From the NCBI GenBank assembly GCA_039803205.1, contig JBDRYB010000006.1, forward strand, positions 45,331 to 109,330: a stretch of 64,000 bases of DNA, written 5' to 3'. The notes under the pieces are model-generated. The model did no database searches. It worked only from the letters and a program-made list of their open reading frames with translations, and was not told where the DNA came from. Origin of the DNA: a candidate division WOR-3 bacterium. GTDB lineage: Bacteria; Hydrothermota; Hydrothermia; JBDRYB01. The position numbers were made by a program, and so were the translations under genes. This document shows positions 28,861 through 37,096 of the stretch, piece after piece (position 1 is the first letter of the stretch; the number at the start of each line of letters is the position of its first letter).

Positions 28861-28880
28861 CTGGCGCAATAATGCGCCAG
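28861..28880. promoter_or_regulatory. Perfect 8-bp inverted repeat between divergent EF-G2 and nurA promoters
   Basis: CTGGCGCA-ATAA-TGCGCCAG, flanked by oppositely oriented TATAAT boxes. Confidence 0.4.
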
Positions 28881-28898
28881 GAGCCTTATAATTTGCCG

Positions 28899-29978
28899 GT
28901 GCATCCTGTTCTATACGCGAAGATAATCGGACTGAGAGAGAGGCTCCTGCAACTGAGAGAGGAACTTGAACTGCGCAGGACCGATCTTGATGTGGGGAGC
29001 TTTTGGAAGACCTGGCATGGAAAGGCTGAGAGCTCTCATATAGCCGCAGGCGACGGCTCTTTTAACTATGCCAGGCGCCTCGGTTTTTGGCTATTTGGCG
29101 CCACGGCCTCGGGGGTCTACTCCGGATGCGACGCGGGAGATGTGTTTCTTGGGGAGTTGGACATCCTTAGGCTCGGGGATATCGGAGAGGATGCTCTGAG
29201 AGCCCTCGCTCAGTCAGGCTCAAAGATCATGGAGGCAAAGGCCCTAAAAATGGCCGGGGAAAGGATAACGGGCGGCCTGCTCCTGGCCGACGGGGCGCTT
29301 TCCGGCCTCTTCAAGAACTACACGGAGGACATGGGCAATAATAGAATAGCCTCGCTGGCAGGATTGGGGCCTGGTGAGGAGGAGAGGCTCTTCAGGTGGG
29401 CGAAGGACATTGCTGGGGAGCTCCCGGAGAACCCGGATGGGTGGTCAAGCTGGTCGGGCAAGGACATGGTGTTCTCTTTGGAGGAGGATAGGCGGTTTTC
29501 GGTTGGGATCCTCATGGCCCTTTGCAGAAAGGAGTATCTCGCTACCCTAATAGGGCTTTTGGATGGGAACGCTAACCGAATGGTGGGCATAGCCAAAACA
29601 TCTGAGGAATGCACGATAATTGAGGGATTCCCTGACATATATGTTCTGAGCGTGGGCACTCGGGCGCCGGGTTTCACCGAGCCAAAGCCCGTTGAATTGC
29701 CAAAGGATGAGGGACTTCCCGAACTTCCATGCTCTTTCTTCTACGCGAGGCTTGAGGAGGGTTATGGGGTGATGAGGTTGGAGGTCTTTGCTGAACCTGA
29801 GAAGGTTGACCCACCGAGATTGCTTTCGGTGCTCCTTGGGGCTTCTGTCTCAGGCTATCCATATCCTCTGGCCAAGGCTCACCATATGTGTTCGTTGTCG
29901 TTCTCATCGCTCTATAAATACCTCGGCCTTGCTGGGGGAAGATGGGAACCCTCGGGAAGAGAAGCCTTGTTTCAATAG
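28899..29978 (+). CDS. nurA: NurA-domain nuclease
   Basis: AAGDGS, LLADGAL, GIAKTS, GYPYPLAKAH. Start refined to GTG 28899. Confidence 0.82.
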   Translation: MHPVLYAKIIGLRERLLQLREELELRRTDLDVGSFWKTWHGKAESSHIAAGDGSFNYARRLGFWLFGATASGVYSGCDAGDVFLGELDILRLGDIGEDALRALAQSGSKIMEAKALKMAGERITGGLLLADGALSGLFKNYTEDMGNNRIASLAGLGPGEEERLFRWAKDIAGELPENPDGWSSWSGKDMVFSLEEDRRFSVGILMALCRKEYLATLIGLLDGNANRMVGIAKTSEECTIIEGFPDIYVLSVGTRAPGFTEPKPVELPKDEGLPELPCSFFYARLEEGYGVMRLEVFAEPEKVDPPRLLSVLLGASVSGYPYPLAKAHHMCSLSFSSLYKYLGLAGGRWEPSGREALFQ

Positions 29979-30011
29979 AAAACCGGGGCGGCCAAGCTTT
30001 AAGCTTTGCTC

Positions 30012-31757
30012 GTGAAGCTTCTCCGGATCTCCCTCGCGCAGATGAACCCCCTAGTGGGAGATATGGGGGGCAATCTCGCTCGGATCAAGGCCGCTGTGGA
30101 TGAGGCTCTCCTCGCGGGTTCTGACATCGTCGTTTTTCCTGAGTTGGCCATATGCGGTTATCCGCCTGAGGACCTGCTCCTGAGACCGGATTTCATAGAG
30201 GAGAACCTGAGAGCCATGCGCGATCTCACCGATTTCACGGATGGGAAAGACATCCTCGTCATAGCTGGCTTCGTTGATAAGACAGGTGACATACACAACG
30301 CGGCCGCCGTAATACACAATGGCAAGCTGCAGGATGTCTATCACAAGGCTTTTCTCCCCAATTACGGCGTCTTCGACGATAAGCGCTATTTCATGCCAGG
30401 CGAGCGTTTTCCGGTCTATGTTTTCCGAGGAGTGAGAATAGGGGTCAATATATGCGAAGACATCTGGCATCCTGACGGGCCTCTGTATTATCAATCCCTC
30501 TTGGGAGACGCGGAGGTCATCGTGAACATAAATGCCTCGCCCTATCACATGGGTAAGTGGAGCCAGCGCGAGACCATGCTCTCAACGAGGGCCTCGGATA
30601 ACGGGGTCTTTGTGGTCTATCTGAACTCCGTCGGGGGCCAGGACGAGCTGGTTTTTGATGGGGGCTCGGTTGTCTTCGGGCCGGACGGGGAGCTCGTGGC
30701 CAGGGCACCCATGTTCCAGGAAGGTCTCTTCACAATTGACATTGATCCGAGCCTCGTGATGAGGCACCGCGTCCACGACACACGGAGGAGGGAGCAAAAG
30801 ATGAGGTGCGGCGCGCTTGGCTCTGTTGAAGAGATACTGATTGATTCCTCGGAGCTCAGAGAGCGAGAGAGGGCTCTATCTTTCCTAAGCAATACACCAT
30901 CCCTAGAGGAGGAGGTCTGGAAAGCGCTTTTAACAGGGGTCTCGGATTACACGAGGAAAAACGGGTTCAAAAGCGTCGTGGTGGGGCTCTCCGGGGGAAT
31001 AGACTCAGCCCTCGTCTCGGTTCTGGCAGCTGACGCGCTTGGGCCCGAGAATGTATTTTGCCTCTTCATGCCATCCCGTTATACATCCAGAGAGAGCCGC
31101 GAGGATGCCTTTGAGCTCGCAAAAAATCTCGGTGTCAGCATAACCGAGATACCCATAGACGGGCTTTTCCAGGCGTATCTTGACTGTCTTGCTCCCCATT
31201 TCAAGGGCAAGGAACCTGATATTACTGAGGAAAACATCCAGGCAAGAATAAGGGGCAACATCCTCATGGCGTTCTCAAACAAGTTCGGCCACCTGGTTCT
31301 CACGACAGGGAACAAGAGCGAGCTCTCAACCGGATACGCCACTTTATACGGAGACCTTTCAGGAGGTTTCGCACCCCTCAAGGATGTGCCAAAGACCCTC
31401 GTCTATAAGCTGGCCAGGTTCAGAAACTCCATTAACCCCGTGATCCCGGATAGGATGTTCAGTAAGCCGCCCTCCGCTGAGCTCAAGCCGAACCAGACCG
31501 ATCAGGATACACTTCCCCCATATGAAATACTTGACCCAATTCTGCACCTCTACATAGAGGAGGATGCTCCGCCCTCGGAGATAATCGGAAGGGGATTTGA
31601 CCCAGATACTGTCAGAAAGGTCGTCCGTATGGTTGATAGCTCAGAATACAAGCGCCGCCAGGCTCCTCCGGGCATAAAGATAACCGTGCGAGCCTTCGGC
31701 AGGGACAGGAGGATGCCGATAACGAACGGGTTCGGGGGCAAGGAGCGTGCCAGCTAG
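30012..31757 (+). CDS. nadE: Glutamine-dependent NAD+ synthetase
   Basis: CN-hydrolase motifs FPEL..GYPPEDL and ICED; synthetase motifs GLSGGIDS, ENIQAR, TGNKSE, EYKRRQ. Confidence 0.96.
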   Translation: MKLLRISLAQMNPLVGDMGGNLARIKAAVDEALLAGSDIVVFPELAICGYPPEDLLLRPDFIEENLRAMRDLTDFTDGKDILVIAGFVDKTGDIHNAAAVIHNGKLQDVYHKAFLPNYGVFDDKRYFMPGERFPVYVFRGVRIGVNICEDIWHPDGPLYYQSLLGDAEVIVNINASPYHMGKWSQRETMLSTRASDNGVFVVYLNSVGGQDELVFDGGSVVFGPDGELVARAPMFQEGLFTIDIDPSLVMRHRVHDTRRREQKMRCGALGSVEEILIDSSELRERERALSFLSNTPSLEEEVWKALLTGVSDYTRKNGFKSVVVGLSGGIDSALVSVLAADALGPENVFCLFMPSRYTSRESREDAFELAKNLGVSITEIPIDGLFQAYLDCLAPHFKGKEPDITEENIQARIRGNILMAFSNKFGHLVLTTGNKSELSTGYATLYGDLSGGFAPLKDVPKTLVYKLARFRNSINPVIPDRMFSKPPSAELKPNQTDQDTLPPYEILDPILHLYIEEDAPPSEIIGRGFDPDTVRKVVRMVDSSEYKRRQAPPGIKITVRAFGRDRRMPITNGFGGKERAS

Positions 31758-33117
31758 ACCTTGGACAGAGGTCCTGGGGGAAGCCGAAAGCTTCCTGCTC
31801 CTTGAAGACCTCTTCACTATGACAAACAGGCTGGCCCATTTTTCGGACAGGGCCATGGAGATCATCCTTAACGAGAAAAGAAGGCCCACGAGTCTTGCAA
31901 AGCTCCTGTTCTTTCGGCTCTATTTCAAGAGGTTCTCGTCATTAGCCGAGGAGATGATCTCCAGGCCCAGAAAGGCCATAGTCCGTGAGAGAAAGCTGGT
32001 TCTCTCGGCGAAGCTCTCGGCCGTTGACGCGTCCGTGCTCGTTAACGCTATAAAGGCCGGTTATGATGGCTCATCCAGAACCTTTCCCGAAAAGGTCATT
32101 GCCCCCGTCCGCACTGCAACCATTAACACCTATGAAATGCGGTTCTTGTTGTGGTTCGTGAATCTCCTGTTCGGATACCTGAACGAGGTTATCCCAAAGT
32201 GGGAGACTGAAACGAGGGGAAACGAGAACACGCCGCTTGTCAGCTCTCATGAGCTCATCCGGGCGAGGCACAAATTGGCCTGGCTTAGGGAAAACCTTGA
32301 GGACATGGGCGTAGAGCCTTTGGATTATCCGGAAAACCCTCCCCTCTCGTTCACATCCCACCCGGTTTATTCCCAGATCTGGCGGTTTTACAGGAGGTTT
32401 GAGAGCTTGATCGCGCCAAAAGGATGGAATGAGGTCATGAACCTTCAAGATTGGCCAACCCTCTACGAGCTCTGGTGCTTCCTCTCGGTTCTGTTTCATT
32501 TTGAAGCACATTGGTCAAAGCACGATCAGGGCGCCGCAAAGGCCCTATCTGAGGAGCTCTGGATTGAGAATACCTGGGACCTCTGGAAAATAGGCACGAG
32601 GCCATTTGCCAAGCTCTTGGAAAACAGAAACACCCCTTGCGCCGCAGGGTTTGCTCTGGACGAAGGGATAACCCTGTATTTCCAGAGAAGGTTTCCCTAT
32701 TACGAGGGCGTTGGGGACGGTCTCGGAAGCCTTTCAACGGAATACATTCCGGACATCTGCTTCATCTCATCCAAAGGGAACCTGCCTGTTCTCATCCTTG
32801 ACGCCAAGATGCAGGCATACGGAGGCCTCATAGGCAAACCCGAGACCGAAGAGGAGATAAAGGGCCAAATACCAGGCCTGCGCAAGATGCACATCTATCG
32901 CGATGCTGTTGTCCAATACGGCGACCCAGCGGTCTGGGGGGCTTTCGCGCTTGCTCCCCTTGCGCCAAGGCTTTCGGATAAAGTAAAATTTAGGCCGTTT
33001 GATCCGGCGTGGAGGATGAGGCACGGGTTCGGAGCCATAGAGATGAGGCCCTCAACGAAAGAGAGGGCCTTGGAGGAGATAAGGGAGCTTGTTGAGAAAT
33101 GGAAAAGCCAAGTATAG
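31747..33117 (+). CDS. DUF2357/McrC-like PD-(D/E)xK nuclease
   Basis: T.NTYE.RF, LYELWCF, IPDI...ILDAK, KMH.YRDA. Confidence 0.8.
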   Translation: MPARPWTEVLGEAESFLLLEDLFTMTNRLAHFSDRAMEIILNEKRRPTSLAKLLFFRLYFKRFSSLAEEMISRPRKAIVRERKLVLSAKLSAVDASVLVNAIKAGYDGSSRTFPEKVIAPVRTATINTYEMRFLLWFVNLLFGYLNEVIPKWETETRGNENTPLVSSHELIRARHKLAWLRENLEDMGVEPLDYPENPPLSFTSHPVYSQIWRFYRRFESLIAPKGWNEVMNLQDWPTLYELWCFLSVLFHFEAHWSKHDQGAAKALSEELWIENTWDLWKIGTRPFAKLLENRNTPCAAGFALDEGITLYFQRRFPYYEGVGDGLGSLSTEYIPDICFISSKGNLPVLILDAKMQAYGGLIGKPETEEEIKGQIPGLRKMHIYRDAVVQYGDPAVWGAFALAPLAPRLSDKVKFRPFDPAWRMRHGFGAIEMRPSTKERALEEIRELVEKWKSQV

Positions 33118-33202
33118 GGGCAACCCCCTGCGGTTGCCCAAATCCGGATAAGAAACAGGCGCGAGGGCCTGCTAGGCATCAGCAATACCGGCCTGCCCCT
33201 AC
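33115..33202. repeat. Pair of GTAG-type REP-like hairpins in inverted orientation
   Basis: TAGGGGCAACC-CCCTGC-GGTTGCCC on +, and GTAGGGGCAGGCC on -. Same family as the REP at 56910-56934. Confidence 0.6.
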
Positions 33203-33277
33203 GGATCCGGGGATCGCAAAATTCGGAGGGATAGGAGAATGAGGGCATTTCTTGAGAGCTGTAATTATTATAGGATA

Positions 33278-35143
33278 ATGGAAGCAGGGTACTTCAAAAA
33301 TCTTCTGAAATGGTATACCAAATCAGAGCTTATACAGAAAGCTCTTAATGATGACCGAATCACCATCCATAGATATCTCGGTAGTTTTCTTGGCCTGGGA
33401 TATGCAACAGAAAGAAAAGACCTTGAAGACTACTTACTGGAAATTCAGGATCAAGACTCTAGACCAGAGCCTTTGGTTGACAGATTACTCAGAGCTCTGA
33501 ATGACACGGATCCAATATTAAGAAGGGAAGCCGCATGGGACATTGGCAGTGTTGACTGGGGAGAGAAAATAGAGGAAGTAGCGAACGCGCTGATTAAAGC
33601 TCTGAAAGAGGATAAGGATAGTAGGGTTAGATTTAGAGCTGCTATGAGCCTGGGAGATGTCGGTGCTTCTCCGGATTGCCCAGCTGATAAGAGAAACGAG
33701 ATAATTGACGCCCTGATTGAAGCTTTGGAGAAGGAGGAATATAGGTGGGTCAGAGAGGATGTTGCCGAGGCCCTAGGGAAAATTGGCGTTTCTCCGGATT
33801 GCCCAGCTGATAAGAGAAATGAGATAATTGACGCCCTGATTGAAGCTTTGGAAAAGGAGGAATATAGTTGGGTCAGAGAGTATGTTGCCGAGGCCCTAGG
33901 GAAAATTGGCGTTTCTCCGGATTGCCCAGCTGATAAGAGAAATGAGATATTTGCCGTCCTGATTGAAGATTTGAAAAAAGAGAAGTATGGTGATACTAGA
34001 GAGATTGTTTACGAGGCCCTGAAGGCCCTCATAGAGGCGGGCGCGAAAATGCCCGGAACGGCAGAGGGGCCGAAAATTGCAAAAGGTGAGCCGCCAATAT
34101 TCCCGGGCAAACCAGACTTTGAGGAAATCTGGCCCGCCTTTGAGAAACTCGCAAAAGGGAACAGGAATCTGGTCTATAACCAGAATGAGGTCCAGCAATA
34201 CCACTCAGCCCTGTGGTCAAACCCAAAATCCACCCGGCACTTCGTCATCCTCGCTGGCCCATCCGGAACCGGGAAAACAAAGCTCTCGGAGGTATACGCG
34301 GAGGCGGTTGTCGGTGCCGAGAACAAAGAGAGAAGGGTAAAGCTCGTCGCCATAAGGCCAGAGTGGACTGACGCGAGGGATTTCATGGGATACTGGAACC
34401 CCATCGCGAACGAGGGCAAGGGCGCATATTGCGACCCAAACGGCATAGTGGAGTTCATCAAGGAAGCAGAAGCCAACCCGAACCAGCCCTACTTTCTGAT
34501 CCTTGATGAGATGAACATCGCGCATGTGGAATATTACTTCTCGGACTTCCTGAGCGGGATGGAATCCGGCGAGCCGATAAAACTGCACGGAGAGACATTC
34601 ACGCTAGGGAAATACACGGTTGAGGGTGGCAGGATAACCATTCCCCCGAACCTCTTTGTTACGGGGACCATAAATGTTGACGAAACAACCCACGAGATAA
34701 GCCCGAAGGTCCTGGATAGGGCGTATGTGCTGGTTTTGAAGGCAAACTGGGAGATGTATTACGAGGGATCGCCCCTGAGGGATGACCCGGAGCTCGGCGA
34801 GATATTTGAGAAGCTGATGGGAGAAGGGGGCCCGGTTAGAGCCGCGGGCGAGATCCTGGAGGAGGCTGGCCTCGGCTTCGGCTACAGGACAGCAGAGGAC
34901 ATCGTCAGGTATGTAGCAAAGGCCAAAGAGCTGGGCACCAACGAAACTGGGGCACTTGACCAGATGTTCATCTCAAAGATACTTCCGAAGATAAAAGGGA
35001 CGGAGAGCGAGGAGCTAGAAGAAGCTTTGAACAAGATGAAAGGCCTTGCGAAAAGGGAAAATCTCGCGGCCACAGAGGGGTATCTCGAGAAAATGGAAAA
35101 TGACCTTAAGACGAAGGGGTTCGTCAAATTCACGCCGATATGA
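33278..35143 (+). CDS. McrB-like AAA+ GTPase (NxD signature) with N-terminal HEAT repeats
   Basis: GPSGTGKT, ILDEMN.A.VEYYFS, GTINVDETT..SPKVLDRA. HEAT repeats with LI.AL......VR..AEALGKIG. Start refined to ATG 33278. Confidence 0.85.
   Translation: MEAGYFKNLLKWYTKSELIQKALNDDRITIHRYLGSFLGLGYATERKDLEDYLLEIQDQDSRPEPLVDRLLRALNDTDPILRREAAWDIGSVDWGEKIEEVANALIKALKEDKDSRVRFRAAMSLGDVGASPDCPADKRNEIIDALIEALEKEEYRWVREDVAEALGKIGVSPDCPADKRNEIIDALIEALEKEEYSWVREYVAEALGKIGVSPDCPADKRNEIFAVLIEDLKKEKYGDTREIVYEALKALIEAGAKMPGTAEGPKIAKGEPPIFPGKPDFEEIWPAFEKLAKGNRNLVYNQNEVQQYHSALWSNPKSTRHFVILAGPSGTGKTKLSEVYAEAVVGAENKERRVKLVAIRPEWTDARDFMGYWNPIANEGKGAYCDPNGIVEFIKEAEANPNQPYFLILDEMNIAHVEYYFSDFLSGMESGEPIKLHGETFTLGKYTVEGGRITIPPNLFVTGTINVDETTHEISPKVLDRAYVLVLKANWEMYYEGSPLRDDPELGEIFEKLMGEGGPVRAAGEILEEAGLGFGYRTAEDIVRYVAKAKELGTNETGALDQMFISKILPKIKGTESEELEEALNKMKGLAKRENLAATEGYLEKMENDLKTKGFVKFTPI
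33667..33967 (+). repeat. 123-bp (41-codon) intragenic tandem repeat, about 2.4 copies
   Basis: TTCTCCGGATTGCCCAGCTGATAAGAGAAA begins at 33667, 33790 and 33913. Confidence 0.95.
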
Positions 35144-35174
35144 GAACCCAATTGAAGTCCACTGGGTTCTAGCC

Positions 35175-35531
35175 CTACTTCTTGAAGAGAGACATTACCA
35201 ACACGGTCGCAATCGTGAAAGCCAAGTAGAACAGAAATACCAAGAGGCTTGCCCACAGGACCTGCGCGAGGGTAATCCCCCCGATGTCCCAGCTCAGGAA
35301 TTTGAAGGCATACGGCGCGGTCAGTTTCCTGCCCACCTTGAAACTGAAGACCAAAACATATGAGGCAACAGCAAGAGGAGGCAGGGCAAGGACAAAGGCG
35401 CTGTTTCTCTCGGAAAAGTGTTCTTTGATCCACGGACAAAAGAGCAGGATGATGCTTGTCAGAGCAAGGATAAACCCCGTGAGCATGAGGACCCAAAGCA
35501 TGGTCGTCATGACGATCTTCTCCTCTTTCAT
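35175..35531 (-). CDS. Small hypothetical membrane protein (about 3 TM)
   Basis: Hydrophobic segments; upstream TATAAT. Confidence 0.6.
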   Translation of the reverse strand: MKEEKIVMTTMLWVLMLTGFILALTSIILLFCPWIKEHFSERNSAFVLALPPLAVASYVLVFSFKVGRKLTAPYAFKFLSWDIGGITLAQVLWASLLVFLFYLAFTIATVLVMSLFKK

Positions 35532-35578
35532 GGTCTAAAATTATAAATCCAGCAAGCCAAAGCTTTATAATATAACCC

Positions 35579-36037
35579 TTGAAGACCCTTTTACTTTGCC
35601 TCGGAAATGACATCATGGCTGACGATGCTGTTGGCATCAGGGTCGCAGAGGCGCTTGAGGGGAAGCTTGACGGCCTCGCTGACATCAGAACGACATCGGT
35701 CTCGGGGCTTTACCTTCTGGATTACCTTGAGGGATACGAGAGGGCGATAGTGGTTGACGCGTTCACGCCGCAGGATCCGGTCCCCGGGCGCATAAGGGTA
35801 TTTGATATTGTGGCATCGGAAAGGCCTCCCCTCGGCCCATCGCCCCACTACATAAGCCTTTCGGACGCTCTCACGATTGGAAAGAGGCTTGGCCTGGCTC
35901 TTCCCGAAAGGATAACCGTTATAGGCATAGAGGTTTCTGACCCATACACCATAGGCGGCGAGATGCACCCCGATGTAAGGGCCGCTATACCAAGGGCAGC
36001 GAAAAGGGTTTTGGAGATGCTCAGATGCACGAAGTAA
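35579..36037 (+). CDS. Hydrogenase maturation endopeptidase
   Basis: LGN.IMADDAVG, VVDA, SPH; operon with hypA and hypB. Confidence 0.9.
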   Translation: MKTLLLCLGNDIMADDAVGIRVAEALEGKLDGLADIRTTSVSGLYLLDYLEGYERAIVVDAFTPQDPVPGRIRVFDIVASERPPLGPSPHYISLSDALTIGKRLGLALPERITVIGIEVSDPYTIGGEMHPDVRAAIPRAAKRVLEMLRCTK

Positions 36038-36372
36038 GCGTCTGCGAAAGCCTTCTTGATGTGGTTGAGGAGACAGCCAAAAAGCACGGAGCGAAAAGCG
36101 TCTGCTTGGTTAAGGTGAGGATAGGGGAGATCTCCGGGGTGGTGCCAGAGCTCTTGGAGCATGCCTTTGAGGTCCTGGCGCCTGAGCGCTCCATAACTAG
36201 ACGAGCGAAACTGCTCATTGAGAGGGTGAAACCCAGTGCTGTTTGCGACGCGTGCGGGAAGGAGTTTACCCCTGAGGACTATATTTTCATATGCCCTGGC
36301 TGCGGTTCCGGTAGGACGAGGCTCTTGGAGGGGGATGAGCTGATCCTTGAGAGGATAAGGATGGAGGTATGA
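36025..36372 (+). CDS. hypA: Nickel metallochaperone HypA
   Basis: MHE start; CxxC...CPxCGS. Confidence 0.96.
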   Translation: MHEVSVCESLLDVVEETAKKHGAKSVCLVKVRIGEISGVVPELLEHAFEVLAPERSITRRAKLLIERVKPSAVCDACGKEFTPEDYIFICPGCGSGRTRLLEGDELILERIRMEV

Positions 36373-36373
36373 T

Positions 36374-37051
36374 ATGTGCGAGGAATGCGGATGCTCAGAG
36401 GGGAACGAGGTTGTTGAGGTCGGGGAGGATATTCTCAAGGAGAACCTGAGGTTCGCGGGCCACAACCGTGAGCACCTTGACGAGCACGGGGTATTCTCGG
36501 TTGAGCTCATCTCCGCTCCTGGCTCAGGAAAAACATCGTTGATAGAGGCACTTTCGGAGCGCCTGAGAGGCATCGGTATTGCCGTGATAGAGGGAGATAT
36601 AGAGACGGAGAGGGACGCTGAACGGATAAGGGCAAAGGGTATCCCCGCTTTCCAGCTTACGACTGGAGGCGCCTGCCACCTTGATGCTCGGCTCGTCCAC
36701 GGGGCCCTTCACCACCTTAATCTTGATGGGGTAAAGCTCCTGTTCATTGAGAATGTTGGGAACCTGGTCTGCCCAGCCGCCTTTCGTTTGGGCGCTCACC
36801 AGCGCTGGGTCATCCTCTCGGTTCCCGAAGGGGACGACAAACCAGCCAAGTATCCCAGGGCTTTCAGGGAGGCCTCGGCTTTCATCCTGAACAAGATTGA
36901 CCTCCTCCCCCACTTTGAATTTGACCCGGAGCGGGTTAAGAGGGAGGCCCTTTCCCTCAACCCTTATCTCAGATGCTTCTCTGTCTCCGCGAGAACAGGA
37001 GAGGGGATCCCGGAGCTCGCGGAATACCTCATGAGCCTCTTGAGGATATAA
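36374..37051 (+). CDS. hypB: Nickel insertion GTPase HypB
   Basis: MCxxCGC, PGSGKT, CHLDA, ENVGNLVCPA, NKID. Confidence 0.96.
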   Translation: MCEECGCSEGNEVVEVGEDILKENLRFAGHNREHLDEHGVFSVELISAPGSGKTSLIEALSERLRGIGIAVIEGDIETERDAERIRAKGIPAFQLTTGGACHLDARLVHGALHHLNLDGVKLLFIENVGNLVCPAAFRLGAHQRWVILSVPEGDDKPAKYPRAFREASAFILNKIDLLPHFEFDPERVKREALSLNPYLRCFSVSARTGEGIPELAEYLMSLLRI

Positions 37052-37075
37052 AAAGGGGCCTATTTAGGCCCCTTT
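37051..37075. terminator. Bidirectional intrinsic terminator
   Basis: AAAAGGGGCCTA-TT-TAGGCCCCTTT between convergent genes. Confidence 0.8.
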
Positions 37076-37096
37076 GGTTTTCCGGGGATCTATCCC

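Noticed and set aside
33667..33967. Possible CRISPR array
   Set aside because: Units are in-frame 123-bp coding repeats with no unique spacers, and there are no cas genes.
35566..35578. AAAGCTTTATAA-type motifs as archaeal BRE/TATA boxes
   Set aside because: Spacing to the start codon (6-7 nt) fits a bacterial -10 element, and the gene content is bacterial.
35579..37051. Selenocysteine or stop-codon recoding in the hydrogenase maturation genes
   Set aside because: All frames are intact with standard stops; no in-frame TGA.
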